A stretch of DNA of 64,000 nucleotides, from positions 2,611,521-2,675,520 of the forward strand of contig BCKQ01000001.1 in the NCBI GenBank assembly GCA_001600695.1. Reading direction: 5' to 3'. This document shows positions 33,686-45,044 of this stretch, in pieces. The position numbers and the translations under genes are program-made. Every line of letters begins with the position of its first letter. Within the stretch, counting starts at the first letter, position 1. Source of the stretch: Ascoidea asiatica JCM 7603. Its lineage: Eukaryota > Fungi > Ascomycota. Under the pieces are notes generated by a model. It was not told the DNA's origin. It saw nothing but the letters and a program-made list of their open reading frames with translations, and made no database searches.

Positions 33686-33870
33686 TTACAATTTTTTTTT
33701 TTTAAAAAAAATAGATCAAAATAAACTTTTTTTTATTACTCCTAGAAACTAAGTTATAAATCATAAATTACAAATAGCAAATACAAATAAACTTATTATA
33801 TATTAACTTAAATCGTTTAAAAGTAAAAATACTTAAACCGTCAATTAAAAATATCACTAAATCTGGAAAA

Positions 33871-36800
33871 TTATTTTCCAAAAAGATGTAAAATTAAATA
33901 AATCACACATCCCACAAATCTAAAACCTGCCATAACTGCAACAAGCCAAAGAATAACACCTAAAAATATTCCTGAATTTACTTCTTCTGTTGTTTTTGTA
34001 GTTGAACTAGTCGTAGAAGATGAACTACTAGTAGTTGTAGATGTAGTATCTGTTGAAGAAGAAGAATCAGCAGCTAATCTCTTAATAAATCCAGAAGCAG
34101 ATTCCCCTGTCATTCTTTTCACAAATTCAAACCCTCTAACAAGTAGTCGTTTAGTTGATGTAGAATCATCATCATCACCACTAACTTCCGAAATACCTCC
34201 GGTATTCAAAACAACGGCAATAATAACAAAATTGCATGCCATCCATGATAAGACAACTGCAGTTCGATAAAATGCATATTTATCTTTTGATTTTTCTTCA
34301 TCACTTTTTATAGATTTAACTACAGGTTCAGGTTGTGCAATAATAGCTGCCTGTTCTTTATAAGAAGCATTGATTTGTTCATCAGTTGTTGGAAGATCTA
34401 ATTCAAATTCACCTTTAGCATTTACTTTAACATTACCTAAATCTTGTTTTGCACCATCATCACCTTTAGTACCCCATGAAACATCTTGAATATTACAAAA
34501 TGCATAAATATTTAAAACATTAATATATGAAGGAGAAAGTAAAAGATATTGTAAGAAAGATGTAAACATATGCCATGGATGTAAATAAATAAATGAAGCA
34601 AGAAAATAAAGAACGTATGTTGATAGTAATGAAATAACCAAATTTCTAAAGGTAGAAGATCCGACTAAATCACTAAATGTAACGTTATCATCATTTTCAT
34701 AAATTGTTTGAATAGCTTTAATACTTAAAAATATTGCTGCAAAAATCATATATACCATTAACACCGCATAAAATACACAAATTGTTATATACATTTTCTT
34801 TGTACCCTTAGGAGTATTACCAAATGCACAAACAAAAACAGAAACAGTAGAAGCCGCATATAACCATAAGAAAATCAAAGATAACACCTTTCCTGGAGCA
34901 AAGTTAACACTTTCATCGGCTAAAGATAAAGTCAATATTCTAAAAACAAGAAAATAAGATCCCAAAGAAAACCAAGAGACAACTAAATTTACTAAATTAT
35001 AAATACCTTGAATTGACAATAAAAGTTTTCTTTTAAAAGAATGTCCTGATTTATAAATTCTAAAGAAATGAAACATGGCATATACAGCAGCAAAGAAAGA
35101 ACCATTAAGCCAACGTCTTCTTTGTAAAATAAATTCATCTAATTTATCTGGAACATCAGTTTTTGCAGAAGCAGATTTAACATAACGTAAAACCCAATTA
35201 CTTTTCTTTTTACTAACAATTTCAAAACATAAAATACGATCTTCAGCTAAATACATATTTTTTGTAAAAATACCAGCAGTTGGTTCATTATGTAATGTTT
35301 CACCTTTGAAATACTCTTTCAAAGGTCCTTCACCAACAGCATCATTTGCAACAGCACTATATCTATAGGCACTGAAAGCACCAGGCAAAACAGAAATAAA
35401 ACCAAATACAGATTCAGTAGGTTTATCTAATATATTGGACATTTTATATTCAAAATTTTGAGCAGCGACAAGAGGATTAAGTAAAAATTTACCTTTTGGA
35501 CCCAAAAGTGCTTTGATTTCACCACAAGCACCACCGACTTGAGGATCATGCCTGAAACTTTTCCAAAGTTGATAAATTGATTTTTCAGAAGGTTCAGTAC
35601 CTGCATCTAATAATACAACAACTTCAGGCTGTAAAATTGGACAGAAAGCTTCAAAACACCATCTATGGGAATTGATTTTTTTTTGATTTTTTTCTTTGAG
35701 ACAAAATAAAAATTGAACAGGAGCTGCAGTTTGATTATCAAAATGAACAATATCATCTTTGACATTTTTAATTCCAACTAAAGAAGTATATTCATATATA
35801 TGAGCAGTTACATCTTTATCATTAACTTTATTTCTTGCAAAACCTTCTTGATAACAACCTAAAGTTGAAAGAAGAGCTTGAGATCTTTTATTAATTTTAG
35901 TTCTACCATCAGATACAATACAAACAACAATTTGTTTCCAACCATCAGGACCCCAAACATCTTTTTCACCTTTGTTACAAATATATTTAATATTTTTCAT
36001 TACCCCATCAAGAGTTCTACCTAAAAGATGATCTTCTTCATTATACATTGTTACAACAATTAATAATTCAGTTGCTCTTGGAGGATTGAAAAACGACTGT
36101 CTTAAACTGAATTTATTTTTAGTAAAATCTCTTGGATCAGAGGTTGCAGCTGTATATCTCATAAAACTGAATTCTCTTTCGGTATGTTCTTCTTTATAAT
36201 TTTTAGTTAAATCAGTTGGTACAGGACAATCAAGAACTAAATTACCAAAAAATGTATTAACTTTTTTAGTATTTTGTTTTTTCTCAGAAAGTTCTCTTTG
36301 TTGATCTTCATAACCAGTCATTTCAGGTTGTAATAACTGATCATCAGGTAATAAACCTGAAGTTGAAGCAGGTTGAATCGGATTTAATTGATAAGATTCA
36401 CCTTGAATTGGAAAACTAGCTTGAAAGTCTGGATCATTATTTACATCATCAACAAAAGAAGAATCATTATTACTATAAAATAAATTTTGTAAAAAACCAT
36501 CAGTTTGTTGTGAAGGTATACTCATATTATTACTTATATTACTATTCATATTCATATTATTCATGTTCATATTGTTCATGTTCATATTATTTACATTCAT
36601 ATTATTTTGAGATAAAGGGTCACCGAATGGAGATATATAAGAACCAGTTTGAGATTGAATTAAAGAAGGATCCTCATACGAAAATAAAGAAGCATTATCA
36701 TTTCTGTTTGGATTTAAAGGGTCAAAAGGATTTTGTAAAGTATTTGGACCTAAATTTTGATTTTGATTTTGAGTCTGATTCAAAGGATCAGGTATTTGAG

Positions 36801-37128
36801 ATAAACTATGAACTGCAGGTCTATCATCAGTTGGCATATGAACCAAAGGAATATTTTGATCATTTAAATTAGAATATGAATTAGCTGGATCATAAAGTGC
36901 TTGATTTGAATAAGATGTTTGAGAAGGATCAAATGGAGAAGTATAAGCAGTATTTTCGGCATTTGGAGGTAAATTTGTTGAAGTAGTTTGTTGATTAGGA
37001 TTATTAAGAGATTCTAAATAATCATCAGCATCAAATGAATATCTTTGTTGAGAAGGAGCTGGTGGATCATAATAAGCATTATCCTTATTACTATCATTAT
37101 GACTTTGATTATTATTTGGATTACTCAT
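33871..37128 (-). CDS. CHS1: Chitin synthase, class I
   Basis: TMYNE, DGRTKIN, QNFEYKMSNILDK, LPGAFSAYR, LAEDRILC, QRRRWLNG and SWGTKG. The C-terminus resembles Chs1. First ATG at 37128. Confidence 0.9.
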   Translation of the reverse strand: MSNPNNNQSHNDSNKDNAYYDPPAPSQQRYSFDADDYLESLNNPNQQTTSTNLPPNAENTAYTSPFDPSQTSYSNQALYDPANSYSNLNDQNIPLVHMPTDDRPAVHSLSQIPDPLNQTQNQNQNLGPNTLQNPFDPLNPNRNDNASLFSYEDPSLIQSQTGSYISPFGDPLSQNNMNVNNMNMNNMNMNNMNMNSNISNNMSIPSQQTDGFLQNLFYSNNDSSFVDDVNNDPDFQASFPIQGESYQLNPIQPASTSGLLPDDQLLQPEMTGYEDQQRELSEKKQNTKKVNTFFGNLVLDCPVPTDLTKNYKEEHTEREFSFMRYTAATSDPRDFTKNKFSLRQSFFNPPRATELLIVVTMYNEEDHLLGRTLDGVMKNIKYICNKGEKDVWGPDGWKQIVVCIVSDGRTKINKRSQALLSTLGCYQEGFARNKVNDKDVTAHIYEYTSLVGIKNVKDDIVHFDNQTAAPVQFLFCLKEKNQKKINSHRWCFEAFCPILQPEVVVLLDAGTEPSEKSIYQLWKSFRHDPQVGGACGEIKALLGPKGKFLLNPLVAAQNFEYKMSNILDKPTESVFGFISVLPGAFSAYRYSAVANDAVGEGPLKEYFKGETLHNEPTAGIFTKNMYLAEDRILCFEIVSKKKSNWVLRYVKSASAKTDVPDKLDEFILQRRRWLNGSFFAAVYAMFHFFRIYKSGHSFKRKLLLSIQGIYNLVNLVVSWFSLGSYFLVFRILTLSLADESVNFAPGKVLSLIFLWLYAASTVSVFVCAFGNTPKGTKKMYITICVFYAVLMVYMIFAAIFLSIKAIQTIYENDDNVTFSDLVGSSTFRNLVISLLSTYVLYFLASFIYLHPWHMFTSFLQYLLLSPSYINVLNIYAFCNIQDVSWGTKGDDGAKQDLGNVKVNAKGEFELDLPTTDEQINASYKEQAAIIAQPEPVVKSIKSDEEKSKDKYAFYRTAVVLSWMACNFVIIAVVLNTGGISEVSGDDDDSTSTKRLLVRGFEFVKRMTGESASGFIKRLAADSSSSTDTTSTTTSSSSSTTSSTTKTTEEVNSGIFLGVILWLVAVMAGFRFVGCVIYLILHLFGK

Positions 37129-37549
37129 TTTTAAAAAATGATAAACCAAATTTGACTATAATTTAGTTTTTTAATTAAACCTTTTAAACTATACTATTAC
37201 TGTATCTACAAAAAAGATAATGGATATAAAATGAAGTTATGAATAAAATCAAGCCAAAAAAAAAGATAAAAAGAATATCAATAGCTATATAAAAATGAAT
37301 AAGCGATATTGAATATTAAATAGAATTTAAAGACAGAATATGAAGAATATATAACTGGTAAAAGAGTGAAAATCAAATTTGAGTGAAATGCTCCCAGTAA
37401 ACCAGATTCCAGGCCTAAAGATTTCCTAAAATTGAATTTAATTGAGTTGGAAATTCAATTGTTATTGAATTTAATATGGATATGAATATATTTATAAAAT
37501 CACCATTAAATTGATAATAACAACTTATAAGATCTTAACTATAAACTTC

Positions 37550-38400
37550 GGGCGATTGTAAAGATATATTCTTATCACAGTTACTGAAGTCACAGGATTT
37601 TTAGCTTTCAATGGGACAATCACTGCCTGAAGCCGAATGGTCGAAAAGGGGACCTCTCAGAAGGGTCTTCTACAAAGTGAAACTCCCAGTTACAGAAACC
37701 TCTGTGACCCAAGGCTGTGGATGGATATTGTCTTTCAGCGGCGGTGCAGTAGTAGCCAAGCCTGCAATCTAGAGGCTGTTTTTAGCTTGCATTTATCTAG
37801 GCACAGCTTTCAGGGGAAAATTCTATTTTGAGCAGGGATCTTATAAGATTGTAGTACTTGCAGGGGTTCCTGGGCTCTGGTAAGTTTTAGAGTGAAGAAC
37901 AATTTTAATGTTTATTATTACTGACAAAAGTTAGTCTAGCTCTGGGTTACCCGTTTTTTATTTATCAGCTGGACGCCACACCCAAAGAAAACGTCGCTTG
38001 AAAAAAATGCGCAGCTCTGGCTTGATTCAAAAAAATCAACGGATATGAAAACCAAGCATTGGATACAGAAAATATTAACTGGACTAGGAGCTTTCAACCA
38101 GAATATGTAACAAAGCGTCTCGGTTTTATCATGGAACGGGTACCTGCTGAAAACTACACAAAATAACAGAGTAATGGTCCAAAAATAGATTAGCCCAATA
38201 TAAAAACCGGGTAATATTTTTAAAGGAAAGTACAATGTAACATTAGTGTCCTGAATATTTTGGTTTTTTGCCCTGAGACAGGGTGCAAGTCCTGAGGGTC
38301 CCGAGTTTTGTTCTAGAGAAAAAGAATCCGAATGAGCCAAAAAGTACTAAACTGGAGTGCATTATTGAAGAAATGAACTACTGTTTATTTCGATATGCGT
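37550..38400. promoter_or_regulatory. Moderately GC-rich divergent promoter CHS1 / PTP1 with Reb1-like sites
   Basis: TTACCCG near 37947 and CCGGGTAA near 38207, with raised GC relative to the flanks. Confidence 0.45.
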
Positions 38401-38758
38401 GTAAAAAGGTCACTCTAAAACTATTAAATGCTTGTTTATGATGATTTTAAGTAGAGGAAAAAAAAAATAAACATTTAACTAGAAAAACTTCATAAGTACC
38501 CGTACAGATTAAAATAGTTTAAATTATGGAACAAATCATGAGTTTTTTGCTTGACAAATCAACTTCTGAAAACTAGTGTAGAGTAAAACCAATTTATTGA
38601 GTGATTGATAAATCATCTAATCAATTAATCAGCAGATTAATTTTTTTTTATATAAAAGGTGTCTTTTATCTTATCTCATATTCCTTTTATATTATTAAAA
38701 TATTTCAGATATTTTACTTCAAATAAAAAAAAACACCTCAATTATTTTCAAAAAGAAA

Positions 38759-40756
38759 ATGAAACGAGATTCAATAATAACTTTCGATATAAATAGTTTC
38801 CGTAAATGTTTTTCTCTTAATTCTTCATCGTCATCTTCATCATCATCTTCATCAAATTTTTTTTCTCATTTTCTTCCAACTTCTGATTCTAATTCTAAAT
38901 TAGAAAATAAAGATAATATCAAGATTAATAAATCAATCATTAATACGGATAATAATGATGATAATAAAAATATTATTAAGGATATTATTATCAAGAATAA
39001 CGATATAAAGGATAATGATGATAGGAAAGATATTACTGATAATGATAGCGATTATGATAATGATAATAACAATTCAAATAACAATATAGATGAAATTATT
39101 GAAAACTCATTCAATAATAATAAAAATCAATCTCAATTACCAAGACAAAATTCTCATAAATTTTCTTCTCCTTCAAAATTCTTAACATCAAAATCTTTCT
39201 CAAGAAATAATTCTGAAATAAGAAGTAAATCACCAAAAAGAGGTTTATCTCCATTAAGAAGTTTATCAATTCATAAAATAAAATCTCCGATTAATTCTTC
39301 AACAATTGAAAAAAGTTTAAAATCAATTTTTAACAATAACAATAATGAGAATAATGAGATTACTGAAAATAATGAAAATAATGAAAATAATGAAATAAGT
39401 GAACCAATACTTCCATCTTATTTAAATCAGTCAAATGAACAGTTATTATTAAAATTCGATCAAATAAAACAAGAAGAAGATGAAAGAATTCATGATGGTA
39501 TAATTTTTGGTACTGAATCAAAATGGTGTTTACATCTTGCAGCCAATGGTTTTTTAGAAAATAGGAATAGATATGCAAATGTTTTACCTTGGGATAATAC
39601 AAGAGTTAAACTTAATTCAATAATTAATGATTTTGATTATTCTGATTATATCAATGCATCTTATATAAATTTAAATATTTCAAGTTTTTCAAACAAATCA
39701 AAAAATTATATTGCTACTCAAGGTCCAACAAAATTAACTTATTCTCATTTTTGGCAAATGTGTTATCATGAATCAAATCCTTTTAATAATGATCCAATTA
39801 TAATTGTAATGGTGACTCCATTAATTGAAAGAGGGAAAGAAAAGTGTTTTAAATATTGGCCAGATTCAGAAAATAATGAAATTTTATTACAATCAAATAA
39901 TATTTGTAAACAAGATGATATTGAAAATGAAATTGAAAACAAAGTAAATGAAGGTTTTAAATATTCTTTAAAAATTAAATACTTAGAAGAAATTAATGAT
40001 GATAATGATTTTTCACATTTAGTTATGTCAATTGAACCAATTTCAAATAAAAATACTCCTTCAGATCTATTTTTAAAAAATTATAAAAAAAAAATTGTTC
40101 ATCATTTTTATTATGATAAATGGCAAGATTTTAATAAGCCTGATAATCATAAATCAATTGTTAATTTAAGTCAAATAAGTGATGAATTAATTCGTTCAAG
40201 TTCAAATAATTCAAATCCATTATATACACATTGTGCAGCAGGAGTTGGAAGAACAGGAACTTTTATAACTTTAGATTATTTATTAAATTATTGTAAAGAT
40301 TTTGTTTCAGAAAATGATGATTTAATTATTGAACAAAATAAATCTTTATCTTTTTCTTCATTATCAAATAATAATTTAAATTCCAATTCTAATTCAAATT
40401 CAAATTCAAATTTAGATACAGATACGGGTTCTCAATCTACAAATACTTCAAATTCTGATTCTAATTCAAATTCAAATTTAAACTCGAATATAAATTCCAA
40501 CTCTAATTCAAGTATAAGTTCTAAATCTTTTGATAATTCTGAAGAGAATCTTGAAAATAAAGATATTGACGTTATTGAAACAATTATTAGATCATTAAGG
40601 GAACAAAGAATGATGATGGTTCAAAGTAAATATCAATTTTTATTTATTTATGATACTGCAAAGTCTATATGGAAAGAAAGACATATTAATGATGATAAAT
40701 GTAAATCCAAGAATGTTATAAGTGATTCTGACTCAGAAGAGAAAATGATCAGTTAA
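38759..40756 (+). CDS. PTP1: Classical protein tyrosine phosphatase
   Basis: NRNRYANV, DYINASY, YIATQGP, KCFKYWP, HCAAGVGRTG and LREQRMMMVQ. Confidence 0.9.
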   Translation: MKRDSIITFDINSFRKCFSLNSSSSSSSSSSSNFFSHFLPTSDSNSKLENKDNIKINKSIINTDNNDDNKNIIKDIIIKNNDIKDNDDRKDITDNDSDYDNDNNNSNNNIDEIIENSFNNNKNQSQLPRQNSHKFSSPSKFLTSKSFSRNNSEIRSKSPKRGLSPLRSLSIHKIKSPINSSTIEKSLKSIFNNNNNENNEITENNENNENNEISEPILPSYLNQSNEQLLLKFDQIKQEEDERIHDGIIFGTESKWCLHLAANGFLENRNRYANVLPWDNTRVKLNSIINDFDYSDYINASYINLNISSFSNKSKNYIATQGPTKLTYSHFWQMCYHESNPFNNDPIIIVMVTPLIERGKEKCFKYWPDSENNEILLQSNNICKQDDIENEIENKVNEGFKYSLKIKYLEEINDDNDFSHLVMSIEPISNKNTPSDLFLKNYKKKIVHHFYYDKWQDFNKPDNHKSIVNLSQISDELIRSSSNNSNPLYTHCAAGVGRTGTFITLDYLLNYCKDFVSENDDLIIEQNKSLSFSSLSNNNLNSNSNSNSNSNLDTDTGSQSTNTSNSDSNSNSNLNSNINSNSNSSISSKSFDNSEENLENKDIDVIETIIRSLREQRMMMVQSKYQFLFIYDTAKSIWKERHINDDKCKSKNVISDSDSEEKMIS

Positions 40757-41251
40757 TTGATCAATTCATTTAAGTTTTTTTCAAGTTCTTTTACGCTTTT
40801 TATTTTATATTTTATGTTTTATGTTTGGTTTATTTTATTTTATTTTAGTTTATTTAATTTTTATTCAATTCAATATTCAAATAAGAATCGGTTACTTTTG
40901 ATTAATTTTAATTAGTTTTAGTTATTTAAAATCAAATAATATGTATTATATATACCTTCCGAATTTTAATAATTAATAAATTTCATTTCAGATTAAGTTA
41001 ATTTGTAAAGTAAATTCATATATAATATTCTTAATTTCAAAAATATGGATTAGTAATTATTATATTACTAATTTTCAAAAGAAATTAGGCAATAACGTTA
41101 ATAACTTTAACGTTGAAGAACACTGAAACGGTGGTGAATTTTATTAAGCATAAATTTGAAATTGCAGTAATTGCAGTGAGCATATAAATATTGAAGAATA
41201 GTTAAGTAAAAAGAGATAATAGAAAAATTTAGTATATTAATTAAAATAAAA

Positions 41252-41812
41252 ATGTCTTCTACAGAGAAAAAACATCATGGAGATTACTCTAACTTTTCGG
41301 ATAATATTAATTCTAAAGAAGGAATATTAAAGGAAATTATTGAAAATTATAAAGCACTATCATTAGAACAAAATAATTGGGTTTGTAATTTATCAAATGC
41401 TTCATCTTTGATATGGCATGCATATCAATCAATGAATAAATTAAAATTATCTAAAGCTAATGTAAATTGGTCTGGATTTTATGTAATTGATGAAGAATAT
41501 AAAGATCAATTGATTCTTGGCCCATTTCAAGGAAAAGTTGCTTGTCAAACAATTAAATTTAATAAAGGAGTGTGTGGTAAAAGTGCAACTTCAATGGAAA
41601 CTCAACTAGTTAAAGATGTTTCAAAATTTGCTGGACATATAGCTTGTGATGGAGAGACAAAAAGTGAAATTGTAGTTCCAATAATAGAAGGAAATATCTT
41701 AAGAGGTGTTTTAGATATAGATTCAATTACATTAAATGGATTTGATGAAGTGGATAAAAGGTATTTGAAGGAGTTGTCTGATTTAATAGCTAACAGTTGT
41801 AAATGGGATTAA
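41252..41812 (+). CDS. Free methionine-R-sulfoxide reductase (fRMsr, GAF domain; YKL069W-like)
   Basis: NWSGFY, LGPFQGKVACQ, GVCG, HIACDGETKSEIVVP and GVLDID. Confidence 0.93.
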   Translation: MSSTEKKHHGDYSNFSDNINSKEGILKEIIENYKALSLEQNNWVCNLSNASSLIWHAYQSMNKLKLSKANVNWSGFYVIDEEYKDQLILGPFQGKVACQTIKFNKGVCGKSATSMETQLVKDVSKFAGHIACDGETKSEIVVPIIEGNILRGVLDIDSITLNGFDEVDKRYLKELSDLIANSCKWD

Positions 41813-42488
41813 AAATTCTTTTCTTCTTTCCAGTACAGTGTGAGAAGTAATAATTGGTGTTAACACAGCTGTTATACCCCTTCTATATATTCTATATTTT
41901 ATTTTTTATATGTTCTATGTTCTTTATTTGCTTCTTCTGCTTCTTCTGCTTCCTCTGCCTCGGCTTGTGTAACGAGGAACGCCACCCTTTTTTAACTGCA
42001 ATTGTCATCACCGCCGTCATCGCCATCATCTTTTTATTCTCTGATTCAATGGAACAGCAGCAGAATCGCTTCTTTGCTTCTTTGCTTCTTGTTTTGTTGA
42101 TGTTTTACTCCATTTGAAAGCCAGCACCAAAACAGCGGCGTTTGTTACGCAAAGCGATTTCTCATTTCTGTTTCAGTGTTTTAGTGGTTTAGTGATCAGT
42201 AATCATTCTCTGCTTTGAAGCTCCAATGCTTTAAATGTCTTAATTATTATTCTTTGGTGTTCTGGTGTTTTGATGTTTTGATGTTTAGCGTTTATTATTG
42301 GTATTATTATTTTATATCCATTTTCAATTGAGTAATTGAATTGGGTATTCCATATTTTATTATCATAACTTATAATAAAAGAGAAAGTCCTTTTTATTAT
42401 TACTTTTTTATTATCCTTTTTGCTAGATGAGCTTTTAATCGCATTCAAATATACTGTAATATATAATAAAAATTTATCAAAAATAATA

Positions 42489-44555
42489 ATGTCAGTTTTG
42501 GATTCTCAAAATCCAATTCAATTTCCTAAAAAAAATGATAATTTAGAATATTATTCTTCAATTGCTTTAAACTCTTTAAATTGTGAAAAATCTTTAGAAG
42601 TTCAAGATTCAATAATAAAATGTGGTCCACTTCTAAGATTAATTGGAACTTTAGAAAAAAATTCAGTTGATTATAGAGCTTCTTTATTATTAGTTACAAC
42701 AACAAATTTACCTCCAAAAATTGAATATTCTCTTCAACAAGTTGCTGATCCAAATTCTCCTTTAATTTTAGATACTGGAAAATTCTCTTCTCATTTAATT
42801 TATAGAGCTTATGATCATTATTTTTGGAGATATGATATTTTATTATTTATGACTACTGTTGATCAAAAATGTAAATATTTTATTGACAATATTGAAAAAG
42901 TTGAATATGAATTTTATATACCTGCAAAAGGAAAATCAATGAATATTCTTTCTTTTTCATGTAATGGGTTTTCTTTAGCAACTGATACAAAAGATTATAA
43001 AAATTCTTTATGGTTTGATGTTTTAAAAAATCATTATTCTTTAAATTATCATGTAATGATTGGTGGTGGTGATCAAATATATTGTGATGCAATCAAAAAT
43101 TCTTCAAAAGTTTTTAATAATTGGTTAAATGAAAAAAATCCAATAAAAAAAAGAAAACAAAAACTTACAAAAGAAATGAGATATTCTTTTGATAAATTTT
43201 ATTTTAATCAATATCTTTTATGGTTTGGTCAAGGTTATTGGGAAGGTCCAAATGGTAAAACTCGTCAAGCTTTATTTCCAATTGCTATGGCTACAATTCC
43301 TTCTATAAATATCTTTGATGATCATGATATTATTGATGGTTATGGAACTTATAATCATAAAACTATGTCTTCAGAAGTTTTTAAAGGTCTTGGAATTCTG
43401 GCTTTTAAATATTATATGCTTTTTCAACATCATACTAATTATGATTTAGATGATTCCTTTATTCTTGATCCATGCTGGATTTCTGGTAAAATCCCTGGCC
43501 CTTATATTGGTCAAACTTCTCATTCAGTTTTTGCTCGTCTTGGTTCAAATATAGCTTTTTTAGGTTTAGATTGTAGAACTGAAAGAACTCATTCTCAAGT
43601 TGTTTCCGATTTAACTTATGAAATTGTTTTTAAAAGATTAAATAGAGAAATCAAAAATTCAAATAATGAAATTAAACATTTATTAGTTTTATTAGGTGTT
43701 CCAATTGCTTATCCAAGATTAGTTTGGTTGGAAAAATTATTTACTTCTAAAATTTTTTATCCAATTAAAAAAATTTCTCAAATGGGTGTTGCTGCTAAAG
43801 GTTTAGTAAATGAATTTGATGGTTCTATTGAATTATTAGATGATTTAGAAGATCATTGGTGTGCTGCAAATCATAAATCTGAAAGAAATATACTTGTAGG
43901 TAAATTACAAGATTTCGGTGCTCAAAATGGTGTTAGAATAACAATTTTATCTGGTGATGTTCATTTATGTGCTATTGGTAGATTTAATTCAAAAATACAT
44001 AAACATAGTGTAAGTGAAAAAAAAATTGAAGCTAATGAACATATTTTAAAAACTCCTGAAGCTGATCCTAGATTAATATTTAATGTTATATCTTCTGCTA
44101 TTGTAAATGTTGCACCTCCTGATGCTATGGCTACTTTACTTTTTAAACGATCAAAAGTTCATCATTTCGATAAAAATACTGATGAAGATATGGTTCCAAT
44201 TTTTCAAATGGATACAGATGGTTCTCAGAGATCAAATAATGAATTTTTAAATAAACGTAATTATGCTGATATTGTTTGTTTAAAACAACATCCTGAATAT
44301 AATGAAAGTATTATGAATTTTTCAACTCCTATTATAAAAAAACCAGGTAATATAAAATCTGATCTAGTTTCTTCTACAGAAGCTAATATAAATTCTCATA
44401 CAATTGGTTATCCTGTTTTTCCTGATGGATTATGTGCAAGATTACATGTCGAAAATGAAAAAACTGTCCCAAATTCTGAGCTTGCTCAATATGAATTAAT
44501 CATTCCTCCATTATTACAAAAAACAACATTACAAGATATAGGTATTAAATATTAA
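42489..44555 (+). CDS. PhoD-like metallophosphoesterase-domain protein (YGR266W-like)
   Basis: SCNGFS, GGGDQIYCD, DDHDIIDG, LLDDLEDHW and LSGDVH. First ATG at 42489. Confidence 0.85.
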   Translation: MSVLDSQNPIQFPKKNDNLEYYSSIALNSLNCEKSLEVQDSIIKCGPLLRLIGTLEKNSVDYRASLLLVTTTNLPPKIEYSLQQVADPNSPLILDTGKFSSHLIYRAYDHYFWRYDILLFMTTVDQKCKYFIDNIEKVEYEFYIPAKGKSMNILSFSCNGFSLATDTKDYKNSLWFDVLKNHYSLNYHVMIGGGDQIYCDAIKNSSKVFNNWLNEKNPIKKRKQKLTKEMRYSFDKFYFNQYLLWFGQGYWEGPNGKTRQALFPIAMATIPSINIFDDHDIIDGYGTYNHKTMSSEVFKGLGILAFKYYMLFQHHTNYDLDDSFILDPCWISGKIPGPYIGQTSHSVFARLGSNIAFLGLDCRTERTHSQVVSDLTYEIVFKRLNREIKNSNNEIKHLLVLLGVPIAYPRLVWLEKLFTSKIFYPIKKISQMGVAAKGLVNEFDGSIELLDDLEDHWCAANHKSERNILVGKLQDFGAQNGVRITILSGDVHLCAIGRFNSKIHKHSVSEKKIEANEHILKTPEADPRLIFNVISSAIVNVAPPDAMATLLFKRSKVHHFDKNTDEDMVPIFQMDTDGSQRSNNEFLNKRNYADIVCLKQHPEYNESIMNFSTPIIKKPGNIKSDLVSSTEANINSHTIGYPVFPDGLCARLHVENEKTVPNSELAQYELIIPPLLQKTTLQDIGIKY

Positions 44556-44596
44556 TTCCATATCAATATGACCTTTAAGATCTTCACATATTGCCT

Positions 44597-44700
44597 TTAT
44601 TATTATTATTTTTATTATTATTATTATTATAATTATTTTTATTTTCATTTTTATTGTTGTTATTGTTGTTATTGTTGTTATTGTTATTATTGTTATTATT
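44597..44700. repeat. (TAT/TGT)n trinucleotide microsatellite downstream of the PhoD-like gene
   Basis: Read directly from the sequence. Confidence 0.85.
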
Positions 44701-45044
44701 TGTTTCTTTGTATTTTTAATAGCTCACTTTTCTTTTGTTTACTAACTGATTAATTATGTTCTTTATTTAAAATTTCATAGAGAGTAATAATGTACATTAT
44801 GTAATATTATAATATCAATCTTTAGAATGTAATTTAGTAGTTTATAATACTTTAAATTTGAAAACATAAAGTATGATGAATAGTTTTCTACATTTAAAAA
44901 TTTTTAAAAATTCAAATAAAAATATTTAGTACAAGAATTATATTTACATGCTTTATGCTCGAGAAATTAATTTGAAATCAATTGAATTTAATAATCTAAA
45001 ATTTTAACCGATATTCAATTAAAAAACTGTTTATTGATGTTTTT

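Noticed and set aside
40118-40135. PTP WPD loop reads WQD
   Set aside because: The catalytic Asp and the HC(X)5R motif are intact. Fungal Ptp1 proteins often lack this Pro as I recall, so this is not evidence of a pseudophosphatase.
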